DNA of 64,000 nucleotides, taken from contig CP075494.1 of assembly GCA_021613535.1 (NCBI GenBank), forward strand, positions 16,368,001 through 16,432,000. The letters are read 5' to 3'. The DNA comes from Adineta vaga. Lineage: Eukaryota; Animalia; Rotifera. The translations under genes were made by a program, and so were the position numbers. The notes beneath the pieces were generated by a model, which made no database searches, was not told the origin of the DNA, and was given only the letters and a program-made list of their open reading frames with translations. Every line of letters starts with the position of its first letter. Positions within the stretch are counted from its first letter, which is position 1. This document shows, one piece after another, positions 49,101 to 60,745 of the stretch.

Positions 49101-51964
49101 ACACCAGTTCCAGCAATGGTGATACCAGTTCTACTATTCGCACAAAATAATTGTACTCTATGGTTATTGTGATCAACAACATATATGTTTGAATAAGAAT
49201 CAATCTTAATACCCATTGGTTGATTTAAAAGAGTAGAATTAGAACCTGGTACACCTGGTGTGCCAGCAATGAAAACACCTGAACTAGCACCAGGAGTCCA
49301 TCGTATTACTGAATGTCCATTCATATTTGTTATAAATAGATCATTGCTTACAGATGGTAAAGAATGAATACCCCATGGTTGATTCAATGATGTGTTTTGA
49401 TTATAAGTTCCAGTTCCACCTGCGATTATAGTGCCATTAGTACCCCCAGTTGAATTCGTCGAATAGCCCATGATTCGATGAGACCCATAGTCAGCAATGA
49501 AAATATATCTATCTGCAGCATCAAAAGTAAGGTATCGTGGTGTATTGAATTGATTCAATGCAGATGAAGCTATTCCAGTTACACCAGCAATAGTTTGTCC
49601 ATTTCTTGATCCATTACTAAACTTTTGGATACGATGATTGAAAGCATCGGTTACATATAAATTGCCATATCTATCGACATAAACATCATTGGGATAAGAA
49701 AGCTGCAAACTATTCGATCCTGATGATTGATATAATCCAACTATGATTGTTGCATTTATAGCATCTTTTAATAGTTTCCATATAACAAAACTACTATCCT
49801 CATCTACAGAATACAAATTATCATTTAAGTCAACAAATAACCCTGACGCTTTTATATTTGATGGGAAACCAGTAACAGTAATGCCTGTTGTATTCCAACG
49901 TAAATCACCAAATGCGCCTAAAAATGATATAAATTATAAAACTGTAAAATGTTGTTGCCTAGTTTATAGAACAATTACATTGAACAATGTAACAAAACTT
50001 TATTAAACAAAACACAGCACTTTATTTTGATAAACTTTTGCTACATAAATTTTTTTCTCTCTCGATTATTAGAATATTTTTCTGAATTAAGCTGAGTTTA
50101 ATTCAGAGATCACAAAAAATGAGTTCAATTGAGTTGCCCAGCTCTGTGCTCTTCTCATTACCCACAGGACCTCTACGTTGATATTTACCCGTCGTGTATC
50201 AACAAATCCTCACACCCTTCTTTCTCGCCCTGTCTTAACTAGTGTAAGCATTCAGGTCGTCACTCAGCACGCATTACCTGTCTTCAACACGTCCTTCTCT
50301 TCCACACTGAGACCCCTCCTATATCTCATTTCGCGTCATGCACCAGGTCTTTTTTTAGAACTTTTCGCATCTCTCCATTAGTTACTTCCTACTGGTCTTG
50401 TCTCGCTATATGCATGCGACATACAGCTCTGTTTCTTTCAAAATTCACTACTACCATCCCGCTGCAACTCCAGTCCCGCGGTAGATCTGCCTATTCTTAG
50501 ACGCTCGCTGCAAGTCATTCTCTAATTTATAAACTTCACTTCGACGCCATACAGTTAGAGTAGTCATTTCAGTCTAGATTCAGTTTTTTTGAGAACCCAA
50601 CGCAGGCATTGCAATTGTGCATCTTGGATGCAGACACCCACACCCGGTTCTTCAAAGTTCCAGGAAAAAACGTGGAACTGACAGTTTTCGAGGCTAGATA
50701 CATTCTCACTAAATCTACTTCCTTCACCCACCTCCCCCTTATCTCTTCGAAGTGGCAACCCCCTCTCGGTCTTCCTCTAGACCTAGGCAAGCATTGTGGA
50801 AAGTTTGGTGACATTAGCTATTATAGTGACTAAATGCATAGCGAACAAACAAACAGACAGACAAACTTTCTTCTTTATATATATAGATTCTACTGTCTCT
50901 TTACTCACATGGATTTGTGATCATAGTTGCTGTAGTAGTAGTAGTAGTGGTAGTGGTAGTCGTACTGGTACTGGTAGTGGCAGTGGTAGTCGTACTGGTA
51001 CTGGTACTGGTACTGGTAGTGGCAGTTGCAGTGGTAGTCGTACTGGTACTGGTAGTGGCAGTTGCAGTGGTAGTCGTACTGGTACTGGTAGTGGCAGTTG
51101 CAGTGGTAGTCGTACTGGTACTGGTAGTGGCAGTGCTAATGGCAGTGCTAGTGGTAGTCGTAGTGGTAGTACTGAAACTTGTAATCATTGAAGTTGTTGT
51201 TGATGTTGATTCTGTCGAAGTTGGTTCTATAATAATAAAAACAACATATTTAAACTTATCTCACATCTATAATACAGAGGGTGAGGGTGAGTATCCTACT
51301 TCTGAACTGTCCTTACTTCCGTATAACTGAACAAGATCAGTGCGAAGACATAGTAATAGCTGAATACTTTGCAGATCGAATCAAAGGAGTTAATCGAAAT
51401 TGGATGAAATTTCACTCAGGCTTCTCTATTGTATCAAACAACATAGGATAGGTTAGGCTCAGAGACCGGCGGGACGGGACAAATAAGCGAAAGACGCGGA
51501 GCGGGACGGGATAATTAGAAGCTATTAGCACGGGATGCGGGACGGGACAGAAAAATCCTTGTCCCGCCGGTCTCTGATTAGGCTGATAAATACTTTATAT
51601 TTTTCTAAAATCTATTATAATCATACTAGCCTGGTGGAAATCGTGTTCCACTTATAACACTCATACTAGTCGCATCCACATCGACTAACATATTTCCATT
51701 TTGATTCAGTATATCATCGAATAATTTACAGTTCGAAGTTGATCGATAAAAAGTTGCCGCATTGCATTGCCTTTGAACTAAACAAGCTACTTGACAACTG
51801 AGAACATTTGTTGTAATAATATTAATGTACGGTAAACATGTTGTGTTAGCACATTGAAACTTGAAATTAATCATCAAAGACATTTTCATTGATTGTGTAT
51901 TTGCTTCTGCTGATTTTATGACAATCGCAAAGATCAACCAAGAATAAATTCTGCTTAAAGTCAT
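46179..51964 (-). CDS. Secreted PAN + Thr-rich mucin linker + NHL propeller + 4 LamG/ConA-like domains (7 exons: 51964-51631, 51226-50909, 49917-48958, 48866-48010, 47956-47563, 47498-46937, 46878-46179)
   Basis: PAN exon paralogous to 11345-11678; poly-Thr; NHL motifs (LYVTDAFNHRIQKF); LamG motifs (WYHVAF, YLNG, FxGxIDELxI); splice phases are consistent throughout. Confidence 0.85.
50140..50545 (+). mobile_element. Possible retroelement 3' remnant in intron
   Basis: C-rich, ORF-like tail ending FASLH* followed by UTR-like sequence; composition contrasts with the flanks. Confidence 0.3.
50560..50889 (-). mobile_element. Helitron-like non-autonomous element in intron
   Basis: Minus strand starts A|TCTATATATATAAAG followed by a (TCTG)n/(TTTG)n microsatellite. 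Confidence 0.5.
51460..51576. mobile_element. hAT-type MITE (117 bp) in intron 1 of the PAN-LamG gene
   Basis: TIR cagagaccggcgggac / gtcccgccggtctctg; 8-bp TSD gttaggct/attaggct; internal gcgggacggga subrepeats. Confidence 0.85.
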
Positions 51965-52892
51965 TATAAATCGAACTGTAAATTGATGAACTGGATATAA
52001 TTCACCCAAAAATAAAAGAGAAAATAGTTTGTTAACTACTATATATTATTATTTTTTCTCTCTTCTCTCTTTTCAGTGAAGTGTATCTTTTTTTTCTCGA
52101 GCTCTTTCATCAATCTAACAGACTGTAGTGATGAATTTTTTATTACAAAAGAAAAAGAGAAATTTGCCATATGGATAGGCGATTTTTCTGTGTTTATATG
52201 TTGTTTTTAGTAACAACAATATCTTCTCTCGTAAGACGGCATATATTCATCCAGTCGTTCTTTGTCGTTTTCCATCTTCCTTTCTGTTTTTTTTAAACGA
52301 TAGAAACAAAGAAAGTTCTTAAAACACTTCTGTATATTGTAATTAACATAATACAAACTACGTTATAACATGAAAAAAAACTATCTGAATAATAGATGAT
52401 GGTAACAAACGCAAAACTTTTTGTGAATAGAAAGCAGCAGCATATGTATAGTGCAATAGAAAAACTAACAAATAAAATCAATGACGTCTTTCCTTTTCCT
52501 TATATTTTGTTCAAAAAAAAAATAGAAAATGTTCTTTGCCATTTTTTGCATAACTCATATAATAATTATAGAACACATATTTCAAAAAGTTCTTGCAAAT
52601 ATTTTCCAATTTGAAACATTGTAACAGAGAAACAACCCATCAAATGCTCGATCGACATTAATTTCGGTTAAATTTTCCTAGAATTTCGCTTCGTTATTAT
52701 ACGCTCAAGATTATTCACGATTTTGCAAAAAATGAATGATGTCTATGAATATATATCCTATTTTGTGAATAACATTTTTTTCACTTATTTATTTATAGGA
52801 CAAAAATTTTGGTCAAACAAAGTTAATTTAAACTTACTTCACTAATTTTTTTCCGAGAAAATAAACCATAGAATATATATTTTATCTCACAT

Positions 52893-53442
52893 GGAATTCT
52901 CTACAAACTCATTGTGAAATGTATTTCTATAGCAAGCAGAGAAAAAAAACTAGACGAATATTATTTTACATATATGATCTACTCAACTTTCAAAAGCTAA
53001 CGATCGTTTTTTTAATAAAATGATTAGATTTTGCATTGTTTGTTTTAAAAGTAAGGTGTATAGAAGGTGTAGCATGAAAAGCTCTACAATTGGTGATAAA
53101 CAGTCTATTTATCTCTCATTATTAAAATAAGCAAAATCCTATGCGATCAAAAAATGATGTCACTCGGACAATTTGAAATTGGTTGCACACGATGCTGTTC
53201 ATTTATAAAATCAGATTTTCAATGGAACATGTAGAGCTTTTCACTGGACACCTTAGCATATACTTTGATTTTAAAATAAATGTTTTTAGCAGTTATAAAA
53301 GACACCTAAGCATTAACCCTCGCGGTTGGACACGTGCTGGGTAGGAAAGTTGAGTACATTATATATGTAAAGTAATCTTCGTCTAGTTTTTTTTCTTCGC
53401 TTGCTGTAAAAATACGTTTCACAGTGAATTTGTAGAGAATTT
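52893..53442. mobile_element. Foldback-like MITE with long diverged inverted arms
   Basis: aattctctacaaactcattgtgaaatgtattt..agcaagc..aaaaaaactagacgaa versus the reverse complement at 53378-53441. Confidence 0.7.
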
Positions 53443-54755
53443 GACGGCGCGTCGTTTGGTAAAAGAATCAGTTTCAACGATAAAACAACAAAGAAGTTAT
53501 ACTGAAAATACAGAGACCATCATTATTTATGGCCCACCCGTTATATCTTATTTCGTATAATTGCTTCAGTTTTTGATTCAGTAGGAATGTCGAGCATTAA
53601 TTATCATTATAGTATGTGATGACACTATCGTCCTGGAAATGATAAACTTAAAATAAAATTCAAATAAATAATGAAAATTTAAACAAAATTAAAGATTTTG
53701 TTCGAATTGAAGTACAAGATCAAATATTATTATATAATTCAAATCAAATGAAAATAGCTAATAACTTTTGAGATTATTTGTTGATTTGGAATGAAAGTGT
53801 TATTGGGAATCGGTTCGATTTACGTTCGAATATTGTAATTGCTCTCTTTTGGCGATGATGGCGACAGTAGTCGGTGTATAGTTAGTGTTTTTTTTTCGTA
53901 TTTCATCGTTTGTCACGTTCTGTTTTTGTGTATTAAATTGTGTTGTGTTGTAATGATAATGCACTCTTTTCGTGTGTTGTGTTGTGTATAATGCATTGCT
54001 GGATTATTTTTGCATGGTTTGGATATCCTCCGTGTATTTTGAAAAGAAAGGATATCCCCTAAGGAATGAGATAGTGAGTAATGGTTGGAAAAATATCATG
54101 GGAAATTGTTTGTTGTTTTTACTTCCGTGCATCATATTTGTGTTTCTGTATTAGTGATAATTGCACTGTTTATTTCAATAGTGTATTATATCGTAAGTAA
54201 GAATAGAATTTGAAAATAGTGTTGTTTTATGGTGTTTTGTTTATTTTATAAAGTAAAGGTAAAGTAATACCCACCCATAATTTAGATAATATTTTAGATT
54301 AGACAGTTATTGATTTGAAATCACTTATAGTTTACATATTTTTCACTGTCAATATAGACTGAAGTCATATACGTAATTCAAGTTCAATAGTAGAAGAAAA
54401 AACTGACACATATATAATCTTGTCTACCAGATTGATTATTAATCTATAAATATGTTTTTGATAGGTTAATTGTGACATTTCTGTCTATGCAAATATTATA
54501 CATGAGAAAAATAATCGTAAATAAACTAGCGTTTTCTTATCGGTTATTGCGTTTATGAAATGTCGCTAAAAGTTGGAACTAAAATCAAATTCAAAAACTA
54601 GGAGGTTTAACAGCTTTGGTTGCAAACTAATACGATGCAGAGTTCTGTTTAAGAATAAATTCAAAATGATTAACTTTTTTTTCCAGAAGTGTTTGTTTAA
54701 GAAAATATCGTACTAAGTAAAATCGTCATTGATTTATATATTAAGTCAACACACA

Positions 54756-56248
54756 ATGTCACTCATAAAGATTCCAGTGCACTTTAAACAAACCGGTGAA
54801 ATATTTGACGTAGAAGTTTCTCCACAATCTACGCCTACTGATATTATTAAAAACGTCTGTGCAAGAAGCGTAATTACAGATAAGATTGATTGGCATGACT
54901 ATTATCTCACTCTCAATAATACCGAGCTTCTAGATGATCACCAAACGCTGCAAGAGAACAGCGTCTTCCGAACAACAAATCCTCAATTTCAACAACGTCT
55001 AAAAACATCCATACTTGAAAGAATAATTAGCCATACTCTACAAAATTTTCGCAGAATTAAGACTGAAACAGTGATCCAGTCACAAACACCAATCAATAAT
55101 ATTCAATTCAGAGAAGTAGCCGAGACATCGCCAAGGTAAGCAGCGATAGAGTTTCTCCTTACGCGATTAGTATACATTTTTGAATTTTAACGATAATTAT
55201 TTTCTCTTAATATGTTATACTTTCTAGTTTAACGACTGGTACATTACAAGCTGGCATAGTAAGAAGACCACCCCCACCCATTCCGCCAAAGCCTTCTTAT
55301 TCAATCAAACCCAACCCAGTGCTGACACCGACACTTTCAGAAAAAAGAGTGTTAAGTCCTCCACAAGCACCATCAGCTGATACGCATCGAGTTTCAATCA
55401 TTTCAGAAAATTTAGCTAGCACTTACGGACAGATAACATCTAATATTACAGACATTGTAAATGCCGTTACTCGTGATCCTGTTGTACGTAGAGAGATTTC
55501 TAATGCGTTCAAAGAAATTAATATTATTTTATGTGGTTCAGCAAGAGTTGGAAAAAGTACATTGGTTAATGCCATATGTGAAGAATTACTGGCTAAAACT
55601 AGTTCTGGACTTGATTCGTGTACACAGACAATTTCACGTTATATTCTGAAACGTACTGTGGAAACCGATGATGGTACCATAGAATATCATTACAACTTCT
55701 GGGATACTCCAGGATTCGAAAATTGGAATCAAAGCGACATTTCGAAAAACTTAGAGACTATCTTAAAGAAACCTAAATCGGATATACTCTGCATGATCTA
55801 TTGTGCATCACCAGGTTCATTCGCTAATCTCCAACAACTAGATTGGTTCTTAAACGAATGTATGAAAAAACAAATCTTTTGTGCTCTTGTCTGCACAAAC
55901 AAATGGGGTGGACAAAAAGAACAACGGGACGCTGTCATGGTAGATTTTCAACGTTTATTGACAAAATACCACAATAAAACTCGAGAAGATGATGGCGTCA
56001 TCGTCTTTGGAAATGTTGGATTGTGTACAGCAGTGAATAGTCAAAGATACGAAGATGAAGAGGCAGGCAAAGTTTTTGAGCAATCCGGTGTGGATCAACT
56101 TATTTTGAGTATTATGGAATCACTCGATGCCGAAAAAGTAGCTCAGTGGTGCATACTAACGTTCAAGAATAAATCGTTCTGGAAGCAACTTTTTAATTTT
56201 CCTAAACGTTTGGGAGATTTTATAGCCAGCTTACCGCGTCGAAAGTAA
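54756..56248 (+). CDS. Ubiquitin-like N-terminus + Pro-rich linker + P-loop GTPase (exons 54756-55135, 55228-56248)
   Basis: G1 GSARVGKS, G2 T, G3 DTPG, G4-like TNKW; N-terminal VEVSPQST..LLDDHQTLQENSV resembles a Ubl fold. Confidence 0.8.
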
Positions 56249-56528
56249 CTGAAAAATCACAAGTCATCATTCAAGTTCATTACTAGCACTCACAATCTTT
56301 TTAAAGTCTATCAGTGAAACAATGCTTCCTTTCAAAAGTACTTTGTAACCCTAAACTGGTGTGCAGAGTCTATGCAACAATAACTAATTCTTTTTTCCCT
56401 ATGTTTGCATCAATCATAAATTAATCAAGTATTTTTATTAAGTCGATATATTTCTGGTTAAAGAGGCATTACTACTTGATTAGTTTATTTTATTCATAGC
56501 AAGGCAAATCTAACATTCTTCATTATAG

Positions 56529-56610
56529 ACCATTAAGAAATTCGACATCTCAAAAATAAGTTTGAAGAGAAAGAAACACAACATTTAGCAGATGCATTGC
56601 GAAACAGTAA
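56529..56610 (+). pseudogene. Orphan decayed single-LRR exon
   Basis: ag|accattaagaaattcgacatctca...caacatttagcagatgcattgcgaaac resembles the 84-nt LRR exons at 38-39.5 kb. Confidence 0.5.
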
Positions 56611-56764
56611 ATTAAATCTTGTTGTCTGTTTTCTGATATAATTATGTACAATTCCTTACATATAGACACTTCGCGATATCAATTCAAAGAATTCGAAATA
56701 TTTCATAATTTCCAGATTTTACAATTTCATGATAAACATTCATAATAAAATAGAAATTATAGGA

Positions 56765-57060
56765 TCATTTACTTCTAGTATATTCAATACGACAGAGACA
56801 TCCATTACCATCGTCACTAATCAACAAACTACCATTCTTCATTTCAAGTATACCAACTGGTCGATCGAGTGTTCGAGTTCCTGTCCAATCAACTAAGAAT
56901 TCATAGAGAAAATCTTCATAGTAGCCCAAAAGTCGATTATCATTTCCAAATGGCACGAAGACTATCATGTATAGCCTGTTCCTGGTAGTCGATTCCAAGA
57001 ATCGTGCATAGCTACAAACGCTCCATTGCGATAGCAACTAGGAAAATGTTGACCATGCTA
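56765..57060 (-). pseudogene. C-terminal fragment of bacterial-type glucose/sorbosone dehydrogenase, truncated at a linker element
   Basis: FPSCYRNGAFVAMHDSWNRLPGTGY-(frameshift)-IVFVPF..YEDFL..RPVGI..GSLLISDDGNG..RIEY. Confidence 0.8.
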
Positions 57061-57096
57061 GAGGGTGTGGGTGAATACAAGAGACACCACACCCTT
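57061..57096. repeat. Inverted telomere-like linker element (copy 14)
   Basis: gagggtgtgggtg-aatacaagaga-caccacaccct. Confidence 0.85.
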
Positions 57097-58413
57097 GGTA
57101 TGGTAACAAAATCGTTGCATTTCTCTCATCACTGACACACTCATCATCCTCAGCCTTGATAACAAAAAAAAATGGGATGAGACAAATGCAATAGCTGATT
57201 GAACACAACAAGAACCACTCCCAATCAATACATGAGTTGTCCCATCTCTTTCTTCTACTGGGTAACTCAATGAACATCTGTGGAATTCTATCTGCGCTTC
57301 GCACAGAAACAAAGATAAGTACACAAAATAATCGAGTATGGTCTAGCGGACAACTTACAGCGTCCTCGACCACCTCTAGATATGTTATCGATTGCTGTTC
57401 GCTGAAGAAAAGTTGCGCAATTGTCTATTATCCGTCATCATCTCATGTAAAGTAAAAAGATACCTTGCGTGATCGAAAGAGCATATGTTACAAGTAGAAT
57501 TTGACAACAAAAACTTTTAAGTATCGGTACTATTTAGACCCGCTGTTAGGTATCGTCTGCTTGGTCTATTTAGCCAGCTTAACACTCTTCCTTATTTTCT
57601 AGAAGGTAGAATCCTTGTTTTAATATATCTAATTATGTTTCCTGAGCATGAACCGTCCGTTGTGCAATAATGAGTGCTTTTTAGGAGAGGAAGTAGAAGA
57701 AAATAATAGACGACTGTGGTCAATTCGAAGTATTTTCAGGTTGCCAGGTTTTATCTGCGTACTCAGTCGGTCACTTTTCATTGGCTTGTTGTCGATTTAA
57801 CAAAAAAACTCGTCAATGTCATAGAGATGAGTGAGCCACCACCGGTAAAAGAACTGCAATTCTAACCGAGAGAAACATTACATTGATTCGAAAATCAAAT
57901 ATGTAAAAGTAAATTCTCTTTTAGGCAGTAGTCTGAGTTAGTAACAAGGCTGCTAATCCTTCTGATTTTCTTCTTTGCTTACAAGAGAACATCTCGAAGT
58001 GTTGACTCGAGCTGAAGGTTGATATTATGTGGGTATGATACGCTAAGTACCCTGATGTCAACTATCAAACAATTATCGGCTAAGGCCCGTTCACTGAGAA
58101 ACTATAATTATAACATTTTCACGCCATGCGGTACACTTATACCTCTACATACAGGTTTTTTGACTACCGTAGTTTTTTATTTGAATTTTCGGGGAATAGG
58201 AATTTACCATGCTCTCGTTCATTCACATCAATAAATGCTTTATGAATAACCTAAAATTAGCAAATAAAACCAGCAAAAGCTTCTCTACCAAACAATATTC
58301 TACTTTGTTGATAAATAAACCAAATTCATCATCTTATTTATTAAAAATACCACTAAAATCTGCTTGATTTTCATCAAATATATTTTTCACTCCAAGTTGT
58401 TCTAAAACAGTTT

Positions 58414-58471
58414 TGGGTGAGGGTGAGAGTGTTTAGTATATTTATTCATCAATCCCACGCACACCCCACCC
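58414..58471. repeat. Inverted telomere-like linker element (copy 15)
   Basis: tgggtgagggtgagagtg ... cccacgcacaccccaccc. Confidence 0.75.
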
Positions 58472-58591
58472 TGGTAAAATTTATAAATTTCGTTAGAAGT
58501 AAAACAAAGTTAAGGCATGAGTTCAAATATGTTCTATATTTACAAATTGCTTTAGAAAACTATACGCAAAACATTTACAACGGTTAATTTA

Positions 58592-59050
58592 TTAGTTTGA
58601 ATTTTCATGATAGTATTCAGGTTTTTTGGTCATCGGAAAACGACCTTGTTGTTCGGCTGTAAGATCAAGTAGATTTCTACCTGCCTCTGATATACTACAG
58701 TTACGCACGGTTAATTGATTAAAACCATTACGTGGAGGCATATAAGACCAGATGATATCTACACTTGCATCAGTTATTCGTCTGTTGTCATTTAAAGTCA
58801 TCGTTTTGAGACCATTCTTATGAGAATTAGTTGTATCAAGTAATAATTGAAGTCCTCGATCACTAATATCATTGTCATTTAGATATAGATGAAGCATTGA
58901 GTGATTCACTCGAAGCATTTCAGCAAGATATTCACAACCAACATCTGACATTCCAACAGAGTTCAGATAAAGACATCTGAAACGAATATTTTCATTTGTT
59001 AAACTTCTAGCAAGAAATTGAACACCTGCATCCAATATACGATTACCATC
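58592..59050 (-). pseudogene. RI-type LRR gene 3' fragment, 5'-truncated at a linker element
   Basis: DGNRILDAGVQFLA..GCEYLAEMLRVN..LYLNDNDISDRGL; no ATG start; frame runs into the element. Confidence 0.8.
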
Positions 59051-59118
59051 TTGAGGGTGTGGGTGTGGGTGTGGGTGTATTGTTTTCCTTATAGACCCAC
59101 ACCCATACTCTCACCCAC
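59046..59118. repeat. Inverted telomere-like linker element (copy 16)
   Basis: ccatcttgaggg(tgtggg)3tg ... cccacacccatactctcacccac. Confidence 0.95.
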
Positions 59119-59146
59119 TGAAGTTTGATGGCAGTTCAATATTAAG

Positions 59147-59644
59147 CTAAGAAATGGTGCAACTCCAACCCACCGGTTCACTGAGATTCCACAGCTTTTG
59201 TATGAAGCGACCAGCCGCTTCTAAACCTCCATCCATGTAAATCGTGCCAATCAGAGCTTCAACGAAACATTCATATGAGCGAAAAGCATATGGGGAGCGT
59301 TGTTTTTGAACACTTTCCGCAAATCGAATATACTCGCTTATCTTCAACTTGTCTGAAATTTGGCGAAGCATATTCTTATCTGTGAGATTACTGCGTTTAC
59401 ACGTTAAGGACGCTTCGTCATCATCTGGATACTTTGCAAAGAGATAGTTGGAAGTTACGAAGTTGAGTACACTATCACCGCACCATTCCAGTCGTTGGTA
59501 TGTAGGCAGAGATTTGTCTTCTGCACGAAAGCTGTCGTGCGTCATTGCTTGTATCAGAGTTTGCTTATTCCTGAACCAGTAGTCCGAGGTTTTTTGTATG
59601 TCATACATAAGCTGCGCTCGTTGTTTAGCTTCTGCGTTGCCCAT
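59147..59644 (-). CDS. Stand-alone RNase III domain protein (no dsRBD)
   Basis: QAMTHDS, QRLEWCGDSVL, VEALIGTIYMDGG; intronless 165 aa; MGNAEAK start and CTIS end. Confidence 0.9.
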   Translation of the reverse strand: MGNAEAKQRAQLMYDIQKTSDYWFRNKQTLIQAMTHDSFRAEDKSLPTYQRLEWCGDSVLNFVTSNYLFAKYPDDDEASLTCKRSNLTDKNMLRQISDKLKISEYIRFAESVQKQRSPYAFRSYECFVEALIGTIYMDGGLEAAGRFIQKLWNLSEPVGWSCTIS

Positions 59645-60696
59645 TTTGATTCTTCTACAACTGGTTAAAAAGAGCTTTATTAATCAAGCGCATGGAGAAA
59701 TATAGAAAAAATTCGTGTTAACATTATTCAACTTTTCTCGTTTTTCTTACGCTCAGTTACTCAATTCTTGATTGAAAAGCTACATTTAATTCTTTTGTTA
59801 CAATTCATTATATAGCTAGTTTCTTGGATAACACGGCAGCGACAAACTAAAAAGATACTAATACGACACTTACTCGCTGGATCGGTTTTATTCTCAAGTA
59901 ATTACCTCAAACTGAATTTGGTGTGTGCTATACTTTGGTGGGCTACGTTAGGCTCGAAATTAACTAGTGAATGTCGGGTCGATTCCGATGTCGAAAATTT
60001 CAACCAACTACTGATGACTCTAAATTGAGTACAGCTGAAAAGTTCTAACAGATTTGCTATAGCTTTAGCTCTAGGGTATGCAGCAGAATCTACTAAAATC
60101 ATAATGCACCTCACAGAGTCTAGCATAATTATACGACCAATAGTTCTGAGGCGATTGTAGACATTATTTCTTTTTTGAATTCTTGCCACAATTAATATAA
60201 GAATTTTTCTTTCAAGTCAATAGCTTAGGATTACCATAGGATTGTAGAGAAGACCTAGATCAAACAATTAATAATAGAGCACCAAAAGATAGAGGAACAG
60301 CTCAAAGCTAAAATATTGCAGGATAGATATAGTGTAGCGGGGATTACATATTTGGCCTAAATAATGCATGTTCACAAGAAAAATAGTATTGGAAAACATC
60401 CTCCGAATAACTGTACTCACATGATTGTGAGGGGTAGATTCCGTCTGTCTACAGAGGGTATAATCAACCGGTTGTTTGGTGAAGAAAGTTAAAGTGAAAA
60501 GTAAAAAACTATAGTTTATGTTGTGCGCAAACTGTTTTTTTGCATTCGTCGTCACTTATACTAGTTGTTTTTTCGTTCTCTTCTATATGCATATAATGCA
60601 TACAAAAGAAGGCAAAAACGAACACTTTGTTCTACTCCGTAGAGATTCCGCGGAAAATTTTTTCAGTGAATGCAATAAACTGACGCTTACAGAACT

Positions 60697-60745
60697 ATCT
60701 TGTGGGTGTGGATATTGCATCTATCTAACACCCACACCCACACAC
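60697..60745. repeat. Inverted telomere-like linker element (copy 17)
   Basis: atcttgtgggtgtgg-atattgcatctatctaa-cacccacacccacacac. Confidence 0.9.

Noticed and set aside
50796-51330. Gly/Ser/Thr and poly-Val ORFs on the + strand
   Set aside because: Antisense shadows of the Thr-rich linker exon.
547-60745. Linker elements as rho-independent terminators or prokaryotic attC sites
   Set aside because: Intron-containing eukaryotic genes, no U-tracts, no RYYYAAC/GTTRRRY cores and no integrase in the window; the integron comparison is only an analogy.
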